From the NCBI GenBank assembly GCA_965227295.1, contig OZ245742.1:2880001-2944000 (forward strand): DNA of 64,000 nt, read 5' to 3'. Positions within the stretch are counted from its first letter, which is position 1. Each line of letters starts with the position of its first letter. The translations under genes and the position numbers were made by a program. The notes below the pieces were generated by a model that ran no database searches, was not told where the DNA came from, and saw only the letters and a program-made list of their open reading frames with translations. Below, one piece after another: positions 37,123 through 47,925 of the stretch. Source of the stretch: Leptonemataceae bacterium (GTDB lineage: Bacteria; Spirochaetota; Leptospiria; Leptospirales; Leptonemataceae).

Positions 37123-38739
37123 ATGAAACTTCGAATTCCTTCTATTATTCTCGCGACCGCGGTCGTCGCGGTTCCGATCTTCCCTCCGGCCGCGCACGGG
37201 CAAAGTGCTCTCGACTTCGCGAAACTCGATCGTGAGATGAACGTGCTCGTTCCGGAGCTCATGAACGAACACGGCGTGGCCGGCGCGCAGGTTTTCGTGT
37301 TCGACGGCACGCGCACGCAGAGCTTCGCCTTCGGTCATCGCGATCCCGACTTCAGCGTGCCCGTGGAAACAAAGACGATATTCCAGGCGGCCGATCTCGT
37401 GCGTCCGCTTACCGCGTATCTCACGTTGCAGGATTTGCACGCAGAAGCGCGCGGTACGCAGGATGATCCGGCCGCACTGCTACAAAGCGAACTGCCGGCG
37501 GATGCCGTGCCGGATTTTCCCGTGCGCAGCGACGTCGCCGATGCGTCTCTGCAACTGGAACGCCTGCTGACCATGACCGCCGGTTTCGCCGCGTCTCGCG
37601 ACGGTCTCCTGCGCGGTGAAGAAGAGCGTCCCGATGCGGCGCAGTATCTTCGGGAACGTCTGCGGGTGCGCACCAAACCGGGCACGCTCATTGCGATTTC
37701 GCCGGAGTCGTACGCCTATCTCGGTCGTCGCCTCGAACATCGCCGGCAACGGCCGTTCTCCGAAATTGCCCGGGACGCGTTGCGCGGCGAACTCCGCATG
37801 CGATCGTCGTGCATACAAAAAGAGGATTGCGCCGACGCGGAACGCATCACCGCGGGGCTCACTCACGTGGATCGATTTTTCTTCGTGCAGCAGGAACCGC
37901 ACGTCCTCTATCCCGCCGCCGATTCGCTGTATACCACCGCCGACGAGTACGGCGCGTTCCTGCGCGAACTCGCGCGGCGCTACCGATCCGGGGACCCCGT
38001 GGTGCAGGCCATGTTCGAACGGGTCTATCGCTACGATCCGCGCCTGGGCGGCATGTCCGCCGGGGCCTTTCACGCCATGTGCCCGCCGCCCGCTAATGAT
38101 TCCGAAGCAGAAGTTAGCAATTGTCGCGCGGAGACGTCGATCTATCGCGTTGAGGGCCGGCAGCCCGGGTTCGCGGCGCTGGCCTTTCTGTCGCTGTCCG
38201 GCGGCGGCCGCGGTGCCGTGATTCTCGCGAACGGGAACGAACGTTTTTTTCCGCGCGAGGTCTTCGCGTATCTCGTGGATCGTTTCGGCCTGCTCCCGCA
38301 GAATCCGGGCGCCGTACCGCACGCGCAGAGCTACGAGGTATACGAGGGCACGTATCGCCCGCGAAACGTATTGCCGGCCGGGGCGCGCTTGTTTTCGTTT
38401 CTGAGCGACGTGCGCATCGGCATCGACAGCGAGGGCGGCCGGGCGCACATTGCCCTCGGCAGCGTCTTGCAGGAAGACGCGGACGTAAGCCTCTATCCGC
38501 TGAATGTTAGCGACGTCCCGGCGGATCTTTTTCTCGCGCGCGGTCAGGCGGAAATGGACGGCTGGCGCCTGCGCATGCGCGAGGACGGCGGCTTCGATAC
38601 GGATCTGGTGCGCTTCGACGCCGTCCCGTTTTTATTCAGCGCCCTGGCGATTTTCGTGTATCTGGGATTGCTGACGTCTTTGCCGGTGTTGTTGTTTATG
38701 TTGTATCTCATTCGAAGAGGGCACCTGGAGAAGCATTGA
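37123..38739 (+). CDS. Beta-lactamase/serine hydrolase-fold protein lacking catalytic residues, with C-terminal TM anchor
   Basis: HGVAGAQV, PV...TIFQAADLVRPLTA (SxxK position reads DLVR), LLTMTAGF, PAADSLYTTADEYG; signal peptide and C-terminal TM. Confidence 0.75.
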   Translation: MKLRIPSIILATAVVAVPIFPPAAHGQSALDFAKLDREMNVLVPELMNEHGVAGAQVFVFDGTRTQSFAFGHRDPDFSVPVETKTIFQAADLVRPLTAYLTLQDLHAEARGTQDDPAALLQSELPADAVPDFPVRSDVADASLQLERLLTMTAGFAASRDGLLRGEEERPDAAQYLRERLRVRTKPGTLIAISPESYAYLGRRLEHRRQRPFSEIARDALRGELRMRSSCIQKEDCADAERITAGLTHVDRFFFVQQEPHVLYPAADSLYTTADEYGAFLRELARRYRSGDPVVQAMFERVYRYDPRLGGMSAGAFHAMCPPPANDSEAEVSNCRAETSIYRVEGRQPGFAALAFLSLSGGGRGAVILANGNERFFPREVFAYLVDRFGLLPQNPGAVPHAQSYEVYEGTYRPRNVLPAGARLFSFLSDVRIGIDSEGGRAHIALGSVLQEDADVSLYPLNVSDVPADLFLARGQAEMDGWRLRMREDGGFDTDLVRFDAVPFLFSALAIFVYLGLLTSLPVLLFMLYLIRRGHLEKH

Positions 38740-38764
38740 CTCCGGGGAGAGATCAGGAGCGCTC

Positions 38765-40183
38765 ATGAATCAGAACGAAAAACGAGTCGTGATCGTCGGC
38801 GGCGGAGGGTTCGCGGGCATCAATGCCGCGCGTACCCTGGGAAACCGGGCCGGCGTGAAAGTGACCATCATCGATCAGCGGAACCATCATCTCTTTCAGC
38901 CGCTGCTCTACCAGGTGGCCCTCGCGGCCCTCTCGCCCGCGGACATCGCCACGCCCATCCGCACCGTCGTCTCCGATAAACGCAACGTCGACGTCATCAT
39001 GGCCAATGTCGAACGCGTGGACGTAAAAAACCGCGTGGTCCACTACGGGGATCGTTCTCTAAGTTACGATTACCTCGTGTTAAGCTGCGGCGCGTCGCAC
39101 TCGTACTTCGGCAACGATCACTGGGAGACCTTCGCTCCGGGTCTCAAGTCCGTGGAGGAAGCCACCGAAATTCGCCGGCGCGTGCTCATGGCCTTCGAGC
39201 TCGCGGAGCGGGAACGGGAAAACTCGGCGCGCAAAGAATTCCTGACATTCGTCATCGTCGGCGGCGGGCCCACCGGTGTCGAACTGGCCGGCGCCATCGG
39301 CGAAATCTCGCGCTATACGCTCGCCCGCGACTTCCGCCACATCGACCCGCGGCTCACGCGCATCATTTTAATCGAAGCCGGCCCGCGTATCCTGGCCGGC
39401 TTCGATCCGGAGCTGTCCGCGAAGGCGGCGCGCGGTCTCGAACGATTGGGCGTAACCGTGTGGACGAACACTCGCGTCACCGACATGGGCGTGGACGGGG
39501 TCACCGCGGGCGGTGAAGTGATCAAAGCGCGCACGGTCCTGTGGGCGGCCGGGGTGCGTCCGTCTTCGTTGAATCAAAGCCTGGGCGCGCCGCTGGACAA
39601 ACAGGGGCGCGTCATCGTCGAGGCCGATTGTTCGATCCCCGCGCATCCCGAGGTCTTCGTCCTGGGTGATCAGGCGAACTTTACGCATCACGGCAAGAAC
39701 ACGCTGCCGGGCCTCGCCCCGGTGGCCATCCAGCAGGGCCGGCACGTCGCTAAGAATATTTTACGTGAACTTAAGGGCGAAGAGCGCCGGGACTTCGAGT
39801 ACGTGGATAAGGGCATCATGGCGACGATCGGCCGGGCCCACGCCGTAGTGCAGACGGGCTTCCTGAAGTTCAGCGGCTTCACGGCCTGGCTGGCCTGGTT
39901 GTTCGTGCACATCTTTTTTTTGATCGGCTTTCGCAATCGGTTCTTCGTCTTTTTGCAATGGACCTGGTCGTACATGACCTTCGGCCGCGGCGCGCGCCTC
40001 ATAACTTCGCGGAACTGGACGTCCGCACGTCGACGGGACCTCATGGGCCGATACGAGGCCGCCTTCGAACGCAAAATGTCCGCGCGAAAAAAAGGCGGCG
40101 GTTCCAAACGCGACGGTGTGGCCGCGAAGAAACGTGTTTCGAAGAAAAAGAGCGCACGTAAGGTTTCGAAGAAGAAAGGTTAG
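38765..40183 (+). CDS. ndh: Type II NADH:quinone oxidoreductase
   Basis: VVIVGGGFAG, HLFQPLLYQVA, VGGGPTGVELAG, LWAAGV, PGLAPVAIQQG, WLAWLFVHI. Confidence 0.95.
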   Translation: MNQNEKRVVIVGGGGFAGINAARTLGNRAGVKVTIIDQRNHHLFQPLLYQVALAALSPADIATPIRTVVSDKRNVDVIMANVERVDVKNRVVHYGDRSLSYDYLVLSCGASHSYFGNDHWETFAPGLKSVEEATEIRRRVLMAFELAERERENSARKEFLTFVIVGGGPTGVELAGAIGEISRYTLARDFRHIDPRLTRIILIEAGPRILAGFDPELSAKAARGLERLGVTVWTNTRVTDMGVDGVTAGGEVIKARTVLWAAGVRPSSLNQSLGAPLDKQGRVIVEADCSIPAHPEVFVLGDQANFTHHGKNTLPGLAPVAIQQGRHVAKNILRELKGEERRDFEYVDKGIMATIGRAHAVVQTGFLKFSGFTAWLAWLFVHIFFLIGFRNRFFVFLQWTWSYMTFGRGARLITSRNWTSARRRDLMGRYEAAFERKMSARKKGGGSKRDGVAAKKRVSKKKSARKVSKKKG

Positions 40184-40293
40184 TGCGATGGAGCATCCCT
40201 GGCGCTTGTGGTTCGCGGCTCTTATCTTGTTGATCCTCCATGCTTTTCTCCGCGATGCTTCGCGTCAGCGATTGGAGCGATGGCCGAAGGCCA

Positions 40294-42161
40294 GGGGCTG
40301 ACCAAAAAGTGGCCTGCCAGAAGAGATAGGGCATTCATTTTATTGGGGGGAGCTCCGCTCCCCCTGGCTCCGACCCGCGTCGCTACGCGAACGCCCGGGC
40401 CTCGCCTTCGGCGAACGGCTCACCCTCCGGGCAAGCCTGTCCCGGGCTCGCGGTTCTCCGCCACCCCCTCGGTGTGCAGGCTCCGTTCGCAGCTCATTCT
40501 TTTAACATTATGGGCAAGATAGAACAACCCGGCGTCGGCTTGTGCGCCGGCAAGGCCCCGGGTTACATACCGGCGCCGCTTTTGATTGAATTTGCCGTCT
40601 CCGAAAACGGTTTCCACAGCATGGCCCCGCATTCGTTGAAACTCACGACCCTGCGGGCTGTTAAGATTCTCTCGTGTGATGTTACGCAGCCTCTCCAGAT
40701 TCGGACGCACGGTCAGCGTGCCGGAACTACCCGGCGTGCATTTCTGCCGTAACGGACACTGTATGCAATCCGGAGGCGCGCTGTACTCACGGCTGTGCTC
40801 CACATACCCCGTGCGACTCAGACGACTCTTCGTTCGCTGAAAAGGCAAACGTCCCCCGGCCGGGCAGGTATAGACGTCACTGAATTCATCATACGAAAAA
40901 CGGTTCAAGCGTACACGTTCTTCATTCCATTTTGGAGATCTTTCACGAGCGTAGTGACTGTATTTTGCATAGCTCCGGATGCCGTGTCGTTCGAGGTACG
41001 CGAGGTTTTCTTCCGTACCGTAAGCGCCGTCGGCAATCACGGCTTCTGCCTCGGGGAGATGTTCGCGGACACTGTCCATCAATTCCGGGAAGCTTACCGG
41101 ATCGCTGCCGTTGTCGCTGACAACATACGCCGTAACGAAAAGATTCGATACCGCGATGCCCTCGTTATAACCGGGCCGCATGATGCCGTCTTTCATGCGC
41201 ATCGGCCGGGCGTCATGATCCGTGCGCGAACAGCCATTGCGATTTTGCAGGATTTCCCGCTGTTTTTCGTACTTTTCGCGCCGGCGTTCTAACTCACGCG
41301 TTCTGCGGAGTTTTTTTTAGTGTCTGCGGCAGTCTCCGCATCTATCCGGTCGGCTTTGAGCGCCGCGTTTGTAGATTCAACCAACGATTGCAGCGCTTCC
41401 GGAGAAACTCTGCCGCGCTCCATCTCCTCCAGATCGCGTTCGCCGTATTCGAGATCTTCGGCTTCGCTCAATGCTTTGATGTGTTTGAAGAGTTCATCGA
41501 GTTCCGTCTGGATTTCGGTAAGCTTACGATCCGCGGTCTTGCGCCAGTAAAAACGATGCCGGTTCGCGTTTGCTTCCATCTTCGTGTGATCCACAAATAC
41601 TTCGCGACCGGTAATGACTCCCTCATCCAGCGCGAACATTACGATCTGTTGAAAGATCGAACGCATCGGCTTCTCCAGGCGTTTGCGAAACAGATTCAAC
41701 GTCCGAAAGTCCGGTCGCTGACTGCCGCTGATCCAGAGAAATGTAATGTTCTCGCGCAGGGCTTTTGCCAGTTGCCGGCCCGTGTAAATTCGGTTGAGAT
41801 AACCCAGCACCCAGACCTTGAGCATCATGCGCGGATCATACGCACTCGTGCCGCCGCCGCGATAGGCAGTGTAGAGTTCACTGAGGTCCATCCTGTCAAT
41901 CAACTCGCTGACAATCCGTGCCAGATGCCCCGGCTCCACGTAGTCTTCTGTACTCGGCGGGAAAAGATAACTCTCGTTTTGAACATACGGCTTGAACTTC
42001 TGCGTCCTGGGCTTTCGCGAGGCACCGCTCAATTCGGTCGTTTCAGGGAAAAGTTCGTCTGCGTGCGGATCTGACATGGGCAGAGCCTCAACCGGCCGTC
42101 GCCTTTTTCCAGGAATTTTCGTTGTGTCAAGTCCGTATCCAGGACCTTTTTGGTCAGCCCC
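40294..42161 (-). mobile_element. IS1182-family insertion sequence (1868 bp)
   Basis: Perfect 16-bp terminal inverted repeats GGGGCTGACCAAAAAG (40294-40309) and CTTTTTGGTCAGCCCC (42146-42161) flanking a DDE transposase; no clear target duplication. Confidence 0.9.
40420..42077 (-). CDS. IS1182-family DDE transposase split in two frames at an A8 run (41311-41318)
   Basis: ORF1 YxxGGTSAYDPRMMLKV, PDFRTLNLFR, VDHTKMEANAN; the -1 frame continues RNGCSRTDHDARPMRMKDG..RPGYN, ADGAYG.EEN, YTCPAG, VETVFG, AHNVKR. Confidence 0.9.
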
Positions 42162-42491
42162 CGGAGCGAAGCATGGAATCGGCGGAGCCGATTCCCCACC
42201 CGACGACGCGTAAGACGCGTCGCTACTTTCACTTCGCGGAAAGCGCGGTCGCCCGGCCGCTTCCGACGCGGCCGGGCGAGACGCCCAAAAAGAAACCGGG
42301 CAATCCCCTTACCACCTCGGGTCGTCTACGAATCACAGATCCCCACGAAACAATCTTCACAACCGCGCTCCCAACCTCACATCCTTCCGTTAAAATTAAC
42401 AGCACCGAAACACACCCGCGCAAATGCAACTTGCCGGGCAGCCCTGCCGCCAGAATTCGTCCATAACGCACATTAGCGCGCCGGCACAACC

Positions 42492-44330
42492 ATGGAAATC
42501 CGTAACATCTCAATCATCGCCCACGTCGACCACGGCAAGACGACCCTTGTCGACGGCCTGCTCGACCTCACGGGGTCGCTGGCCTCCAAAGAACGCACCG
42601 ACCGCGTCATGGACAGCATGGACCTGGAACGCGAGCGGGGCATTACCATCAAAAGCAAGAATGCTTCCATCGATTACAAGGGCACGAAGATCAACATCAT
42701 CGACACCCCGGGCCACGCCGACTTCGGCGGCGAAGTCGAGCGGGTCCTGTCCATGGCCGATACGTCGCTCTTGCTCGTCGACGCCTTCGACGGACCCATG
42801 CCGCAGACGCGTTTTGTTTTGCAAAAGAGCCTCGCGCTCGGCCATCGGCCCATCCTGGTCATCAACAAAATCGATCGTGACGGCGCGAACCCCGACATGG
42901 TCCTCGACAAAGTCTTCGATCTCTTCGACGAACTCGGCGCCACTGCCGAACAACACGACTTCCCCGTGGTCTACTGCTCCGCCAAGATGGGCTTTGCTTC
43001 GCTGGAACTCGAACGCGCCGGCACCGAGGACAAAGACTTCACGCCGCTGCTGGATCTCGTACTGAAACACGTGGGACCGTCCGCCGAGGGCAAAGAGAAC
43101 GAGCCCGTGCAGTTCCAGGTCATGAACCTCGACTACGATTCGTTCGTCGGTCGCCTGGGCGTGGGCCGGGTCTTTCAGGGTACGCTCAAGGTCGGCGAGA
43201 CCGTGAAGATTCTGCATCAGGGCAGCGGCAAAGACGAAGAGTTCCGCGTCTCGAAGCTGTACGGCTTCGCGGGCATCAAACGCGTGGAGGTGGATCACGC
43301 CGGGGCCGGAGACATCGTGGCGCTGGCCGGTCGCGAGGACGTCTACATCGGCGATACCATCACCCATCCCGAGCACCCGAACGCCCGCCCGCCCATTACC
43401 GTGGACGAGCCGACGGTGAGCATGGGCTTTCTCGTAAACGATTCGCCCTTCGCCGGCCGCGAGGGCAAGTTCGTCACCACGCGGCAAATCCGCGAACGTT
43501 TGCTGCGCGAAACGCTGACCAACGTCGCGCTCCGCGTGAACGACGACCCGCAGCGTCCGGATCGTTTCGTGGTGCAGGGCCGGGGCGATCTGCATCTCGC
43601 CGTGCTCATCGAAACCATGCGTCGCGAAGGCTACGAACTCCAGGTCTCGCGCCCGGAAGTCATCGTCAAAGAGATCGACGGCAAGAACTACGAACCCGTC
43701 GAGGAAGTCGTCATCGACGTGGACGAGGAATACAGCGGCGCGGTGATCAACGAACTGAACCGTCGCAAGGGCACCATGCGTTCCATGGAAACGACGGCCC
43801 ACGGAACCACGCGCGTCGAATACATCGTCCCCACGCGCGGTTTGATCGGCTTTCGCAGTTACGTACTGACCGAGAGCCGCGGCACGGCGGCGCTCACGTC
43901 GCGTTTTCTCGAGTATGCTCCGTACGCCGGCGAGATCCCCGGTCGCAAGAACGGCGCACTGGTTTCCATGGAAACCGGTGAAACCGTGCCGTTCGCTTTG
44001 TGGAACATTCAGGAACGCGGCACGTTGTTCGTCGGCTCCGGCATTCCCGTGTATGGAGGCATGGTCCTCGGCGAATGCGCGCGGGAAAACGATCTGGACG
44101 TGAATCCGTGTAAGGAAAAAAAGTTAACGAACATCCGCGCCGCCGGATCGGACGAAGCCGTGCGTCTCACGCCGCCGCGTCAAATGAACCTCGATCGTTC
44201 CATCGAATTCATCGACGACGACGAACTCGTGGAAGTAACACCGCACAGCATCCGCATCCGCAAGAAGTACCTCGATCCGAACGAACGAAAGAAAAAAGCG
44301 AAACAGAAGGCCGCTGCGGCGGCCGGCTGA
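42492..44330 (+). CDS. typA: Translational GTPase TypA/BipA
   Basis: [64 protein letters not shown]. Confidence 0.98.
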   Translation: MEIRNISIIAHVDHGKTTLVDGLLDLTGSLASKERTDRVMDSMDLERERGITIKSKNASIDYKGTKINIIDTPGHADFGGEVERVLSMADTSLLLVDAFDGPMPQTRFVLQKSLALGHRPILVINKIDRDGANPDMVLDKVFDLFDELGATAEQHDFPVVYCSAKMGFASLELERAGTEDKDFTPLLDLVLKHVGPSAEGKENEPVQFQVMNLDYDSFVGRLGVGRVFQGTLKVGETVKILHQGSGKDEEFRVSKLYGFAGIKRVEVDHAGAGDIVALAGREDVYIGDTITHPEHPNARPPITVDEPTVSMGFLVNDSPFAGREGKFVTTRQIRERLLRETLTNVALRVNDDPQRPDRFVVQGRGDLHLAVLIETMRREGYELQVSRPEVIVKEIDGKNYEPVEEVVIDVDEEYSGAVINELNRRKGTMRSMETTAHGTTRVEYIVPTRGLIGFRSYVLTESRGTAALTSRFLEYAPYAGEIPGRKNGALVSMETGETVPFALWNIQERGTLFVGSGIPVYGGMVLGECARENDLDVNPCKEKKLTNIRAAGSDEAVRLTPPRQMNLDRSIEFIDDDELVEVTPHSIRIRKKYLDPNERKKKAKQKAAAAAG

Positions 44331-44379
44331 GTTCGTCCTCATCGAAACCGGGGCCGACGGCTCCGGTGCGGATCGTGGC

Positions 44380-46248
44380 ATGCTTTTTCGCGATCCGGTG
44401 GAAGTCGTTCGGTGTTACGATCCGACCGAAGTGCCCGCGGCCCTGGCGCGTCTGGATCGCGCGCTCTCGGATTCCCTCTACGTTGCCGGCTACATCCACT
44501 ACGATGCCCTGCCGCATCACGGCGCGGTGCCGGCCGGGCGGCAGTCGATCCCGCTGGTCCATTGTCTCGTCTGCGATCGACCGGAGCCGGTGGACGTCGC
44601 CGCCTTTCTTCGAGAGCAAACGAACTTCGAGTACCGGGAGGACGGTGTCCCCGTTCCGCGGCAGCGCCCGGCGGAGTACAGCCTCACCGACGCCGCCGAT
44701 CGCCTGCCGGGCCGCGAGGAACAACAGCGCTTCATGCGCAGCGTCGAACGCATTCGTGAGGATATCGCCGCGGGTCGCGTCTACCAGGTGAACTACACGC
44801 GACGCAACCGCTTCGATTTTTCCGGCGACGCCCTGGCCCTGTATCAGGAGTTGCGCCGGCATCAGCCCACGCCGTACTCGGCTTACATCGAACACCGGGA
44901 CGGCGCCGTGCTGTCGTTCTCGCCGGAGCTGTTCTTTGCCCTGCACGAAAGCGAGGAATCCTTAAGTGCGTCGGAGTTACGATTAGAGACGCGTCCCATG
45001 AAAGGGACCGCGCCCCGGCATCCGGACCCCGGCATCGACGCGGAAATCCGGGACGGCCTGGCCGCCGACCCCAAGAACCGGGCGGAGCTGGCGATGATCG
45101 TCGATTTGCTGCGCAACGACCTCGGCCGACACGCCAAGTTCGGCGGCGTCGAAGTGCCGCCCGACCTCCTGTTTCGTTGCGAAACACATCCCACGCTGCA
45201 CCAGATGACCGCAACGATCCGCGCGCGCTTCGACGTGCGCACGCACGGCGAGCGTTTGTTTCAAAAGATTTTTCCCGCCATTTTTCCGTGCGGTTCCATT
45301 ACCGGTGCGCCGAAGCTGGCCGCGCGTAAGATCATCGCCGAACTCGAGGACGACGCGCGCGGAGTATACACCGGCGCCGTGGGTTACGCCCATCGTAGCG
45401 ACGCGCGCTTCAACGTGGCCATCCGCACCCTCGAAATCCGCGGCGAGCGTGCGTCGTACGGCAGCGGTTGCGGCATCGTATGGGACTCCGTTCCCGAAGA
45501 CGAGTATCGCGAGTATTTATTGAAGCAATCGTTTCTGCGCCCGGCCGTGGACGGCTTTGCGTTGATTGAAACGATGTTCGTCCGCGAGCAGGGCGCCGCC
45601 GCGCCGGAAGATCGCGTGTTGTTCTTAGAAGAACATTTGCAAAGGTTAGCAGGATCCGCCGGTCGTTTCGGATTCCCGGCGGAGCGTAGAGCGTCGGTGG
45701 CGGCGATTCTGGCGGAACTGGCGCTGTATCCCGATCGCCGCCGGCTGCGTCTCCGCGTGGATCGTCGCGGACACGTTCGCGTCGATAGCAGCGCCTGGGA
45801 GCGCGACTTTGTTCCGCTGGAAGAACACTTTCGTGCGCCGGAAGTTCGCCTCACGACGGCGAGCGAGCCCGTGTGGGCCGACAACATCTTTCGGCGCCAC
45901 AAAACCACGGAGCGCGGGATTTACAATCGCGGCCTGGCCGAAGCGCAGGCCGCCGGTTTCGACGACGCCGTTTACGTCAACGAGGCCGGAGAGGTGGTCG
46001 AGACATCGATCGCGAATCTATTGATTCTTACGCCGGAAGGTCGCTGGCTCACCCCCCACGAAGACTGCGGTGCGTTGCGCGGCGTGTATCTGGAAGTGCT
46101 GTCACGGTCCTTAACTATCGAACAAGTAAAGTTAAACCTCGCGGACGCCCTGGCCGCGGGTCGCTGGTTCGTCGTAAACTCACTGCGCGGTGTTTCTAAG
46201 GTATCCGAAGTTCGCAGGGGGGCTGAGCTGAAGAGCCAGGGTAACTAA
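44380..46248 (+). CDS. pabB: Aminodeoxychorismate synthase component I fused to a class IV aminotransferase/ADC lyase (PabB-PabC)
   Basis: YQVNYT, SFSPELFF, RPMKGT, KNRAELAMIVDLLRNDLGR, FPCGSITGAPK, FNVAIRT; C-term LIETM, HKTT.R..Y, NEAGEV.E.SIAN. Confidence 0.93.
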   Translation: MLFRDPVEVVRCYDPTEVPAALARLDRALSDSLYVAGYIHYDALPHHGAVPAGRQSIPLVHCLVCDRPEPVDVAAFLREQTNFEYREDGVPVPRQRPAEYSLTDAADRLPGREEQQRFMRSVERIREDIAAGRVYQVNYTRRNRFDFSGDALALYQELRRHQPTPYSAYIEHRDGAVLSFSPELFFALHESEESLSASELRLETRPMKGTAPRHPDPGIDAEIRDGLAADPKNRAELAMIVDLLRNDLGRHAKFGGVEVPPDLLFRCETHPTLHQMTATIRARFDVRTHGERLFQKIFPAIFPCGSITGAPKLAARKIIAELEDDARGVYTGAVGYAHRSDARFNVAIRTLEIRGERASYGSGCGIVWDSVPEDEYREYLLKQSFLRPAVDGFALIETMFVREQGAAAPEDRVLFLEEHLQRLAGSAGRFGFPAERRASVAAILAELALYPDRRRLRLRVDRRGHVRVDSSAWERDFVPLEEHFRAPEVRLTTASEPVWADNIFRRHKTTERGIYNRGLAEAQAAGFDDAVYVNEAGEVVETSIANLLILTPEGRWLTPHEDCGALRGVYLEVLSRSLTIEQVKLNLADALAAGRWFVVNSLRGVSKVSEVRRGAELKSQGN

Positions 46249-46257
46249 GTTCTTTTT

Positions 46258-46365
46258 GGGCGCGTCGGCGCTTCGCGCCGACCGCGCTGCTCCGGGCTCG
46301 CTAATCGCTCGGCCTCGCCTTCGGCGAGTCGGCCGCTTTGCGGCCCCCTCCGCATCGCTCGCGCG
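46258..46365 (+). ncRNA. Flavo-1-like structured repeat/ncRNA, copy A
   Basis: GGGCGCG-hairpin(GTCGGCGC TTC GCGCCGAC)-CGCGCT...CATCGCTCGCGCG; shares architecture with copy B; resembles the Flavo-1 consensus as recalled. Confidence 0.55.
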
Positions 46366-46540
46366 AAGAGCCGTGAATCACAAGCGCCAGGCGTGCTTCG
46401 GGCGCCCAAATAGATTTTAGCCGATATACCTTATCATCTCGGGCCGTTTCCGGGCCGCAGATCAGCCGAATTCGCCCCGGTGTGTACGTTGACGCCCCGC
46501 GCGGCCGGAAAAAACTGGCACGGACCGAAGCGTTGCGAGG

Positions 46541-46978
46541 ATGGCCGAGAGCACCACACAGGGGCCGCCGCCGTTAGAACGGGTGCGGATGCAGGTACCG
46601 TCTCATCCGCGCTATGTGAGCTTTGCCCGCGATTCGATCTACCGGCTCTGCCGGCAACACGGCTTTTCCCCGGCCGGCGCCTTTGACCTTAAAATCGTGG
46701 CGGGTGAGGCCCTGACGAACATCATCAAACACGCGTACAACGGAAAAACCGACCAGGCCATCTTCATCGAAGTACTCATGTTCAGAAATTACATCGAGAT
46801 GCGTTTTCGAGACATGGGCGAGCAGCGGCCGATTACGGCCCGGCACGCCCACGATCTTTCGGACTACCGCGAGCGCGGTCTCGGCGTGTACCTCATCAGC
46901 CAGCTTACGGACTATCATTACTACAACCAGGCGCGCCGCATCGGCACCGAACTGGTCGTGAAGAAGAGGATCGGCTGA
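46541..46978 (+). CDS. RsbW-like anti-sigma factor (HATPase_c_2)
   Basis: EALTNIIKHAY, RDMG, RERGLGVYLISQL, GTEL. Confidence 0.9.
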   Translation: MAESTTQGPPPLERVRMQVPSHPRYVSFARDSIYRLCRQHGFSPAGAFDLKIVAGEALTNIIKHAYNGKTDQAIFIEVLMFRNYIEMRFRDMGEQRPITARHAHDLSDYRERGLGVYLISQLTDYHYYNQARRIGTELVVKKRIG

Positions 46979-47862
46979 TGGCGTTCGAACTGCTGGACCT
47001 CAAGCCGCGTAATCCGTTCCTCTCCGTCGCCCTGGACGAGGCGCTCTGTCGTTACGTGGCGCGCACCGGGGGCACCGGCGGTCTGCGGCTCTGGTCGAAT
47101 CCTCAGTCGATCATTTTCGGTCGCACGTGCGATGCCGCAAAGAACATCAAAGACCCCCAGGCCGTGCTGAACGTTTCGCACAAACGTTCGCGCTGGTCCA
47201 CGCAGCCCATGTTGCTGCGGCGCGCATCCGGCGGGGGCACGGTCTTACACGGGCCGGGCAATCTGAACTACAGCATCTTCGTATCGTTAGGCCGTTATCC
47301 GGAAATGTTTTCGCTGCGCCATTCGTACGAGGCACTGCTCGGCATCGTGGCGCGCGCGCTGGAAGCCCAGGGCATCCCGGCACACTTTCGCGGCCAGTCG
47401 GACCTCGTCATCGAAACGCCGCTCGGAGAACGAAAGATCTCCGGCAACGCGCAGTTTCGCAAACACAACGTCCTGGTCTTGCACGGCACGCTGATTACGC
47501 GCGGCGAACTCATCGAACAAATCAGCGAGATGCTGCCGCATCCGCCGAAGGAACCGGAGTACCGGGCCGGCCGGGAGCACCGGCAATTCCTGGGCAGCCT
47601 CCCGGATTCCTTCGATATTTCCGCATTTTATCATTGCCTCTCCGGAGAATTCCGGAGTCTCCTCGGCGTAGATCGTCTCGTGGCCCTTTCGACAAAGGCT
47701 CGCCGTGAGGTCTACGGTCTGGCCCGGGCCCTCGTTTATGAGTACTATGCAGGTCGAGAGTGGATCCTCGACGGCAGTGCCAGACACGGCAAACGTCCGG
47801 CGGCCGACAGCCGTGAACAAGAAACAACACCGGCCGGTCTTCTGAACCGCGATGCCGGCTGA
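46978..47862 (+). CDS. Lipoate-protein ligase A family protein
   Basis: ALDEAL, RRASGGGTVLHGPGNLNYS, RKISGNAQ, LHGTL. Confidence 0.9.
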   Translation: MAFELLDLKPRNPFLSVALDEALCRYVARTGGTGGLRLWSNPQSIIFGRTCDAAKNIKDPQAVLNVSHKRSRWSTQPMLLRRASGGGTVLHGPGNLNYSIFVSLGRYPEMFSLRHSYEALLGIVARALEAQGIPAHFRGQSDLVIETPLGERKISGNAQFRKHNVLVLHGTLITRGELIEQISEMLPHPPKEPEYRAGREHRQFLGSLPDSFDISAFYHCLSGEFRSLLGVDRLVALSTKARREVYGLARALVYEYYAGREWILDGSARHGKRPAADSREQETTPAGLLNRDAG

Positions 47863-47925
47863 GCGCCTACAATTTGCACTTAATACAGCCATCATGCTGA
47901 TTCACTGAATACAAGGAGTTTCATT

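Noticed and set aside
42510..43802. 430-aa ORF antisense to typA, and similar long antisense ORFs throughout
   Set aside because: Expected in GC-rich DNA opposite genes with strong codon bias.
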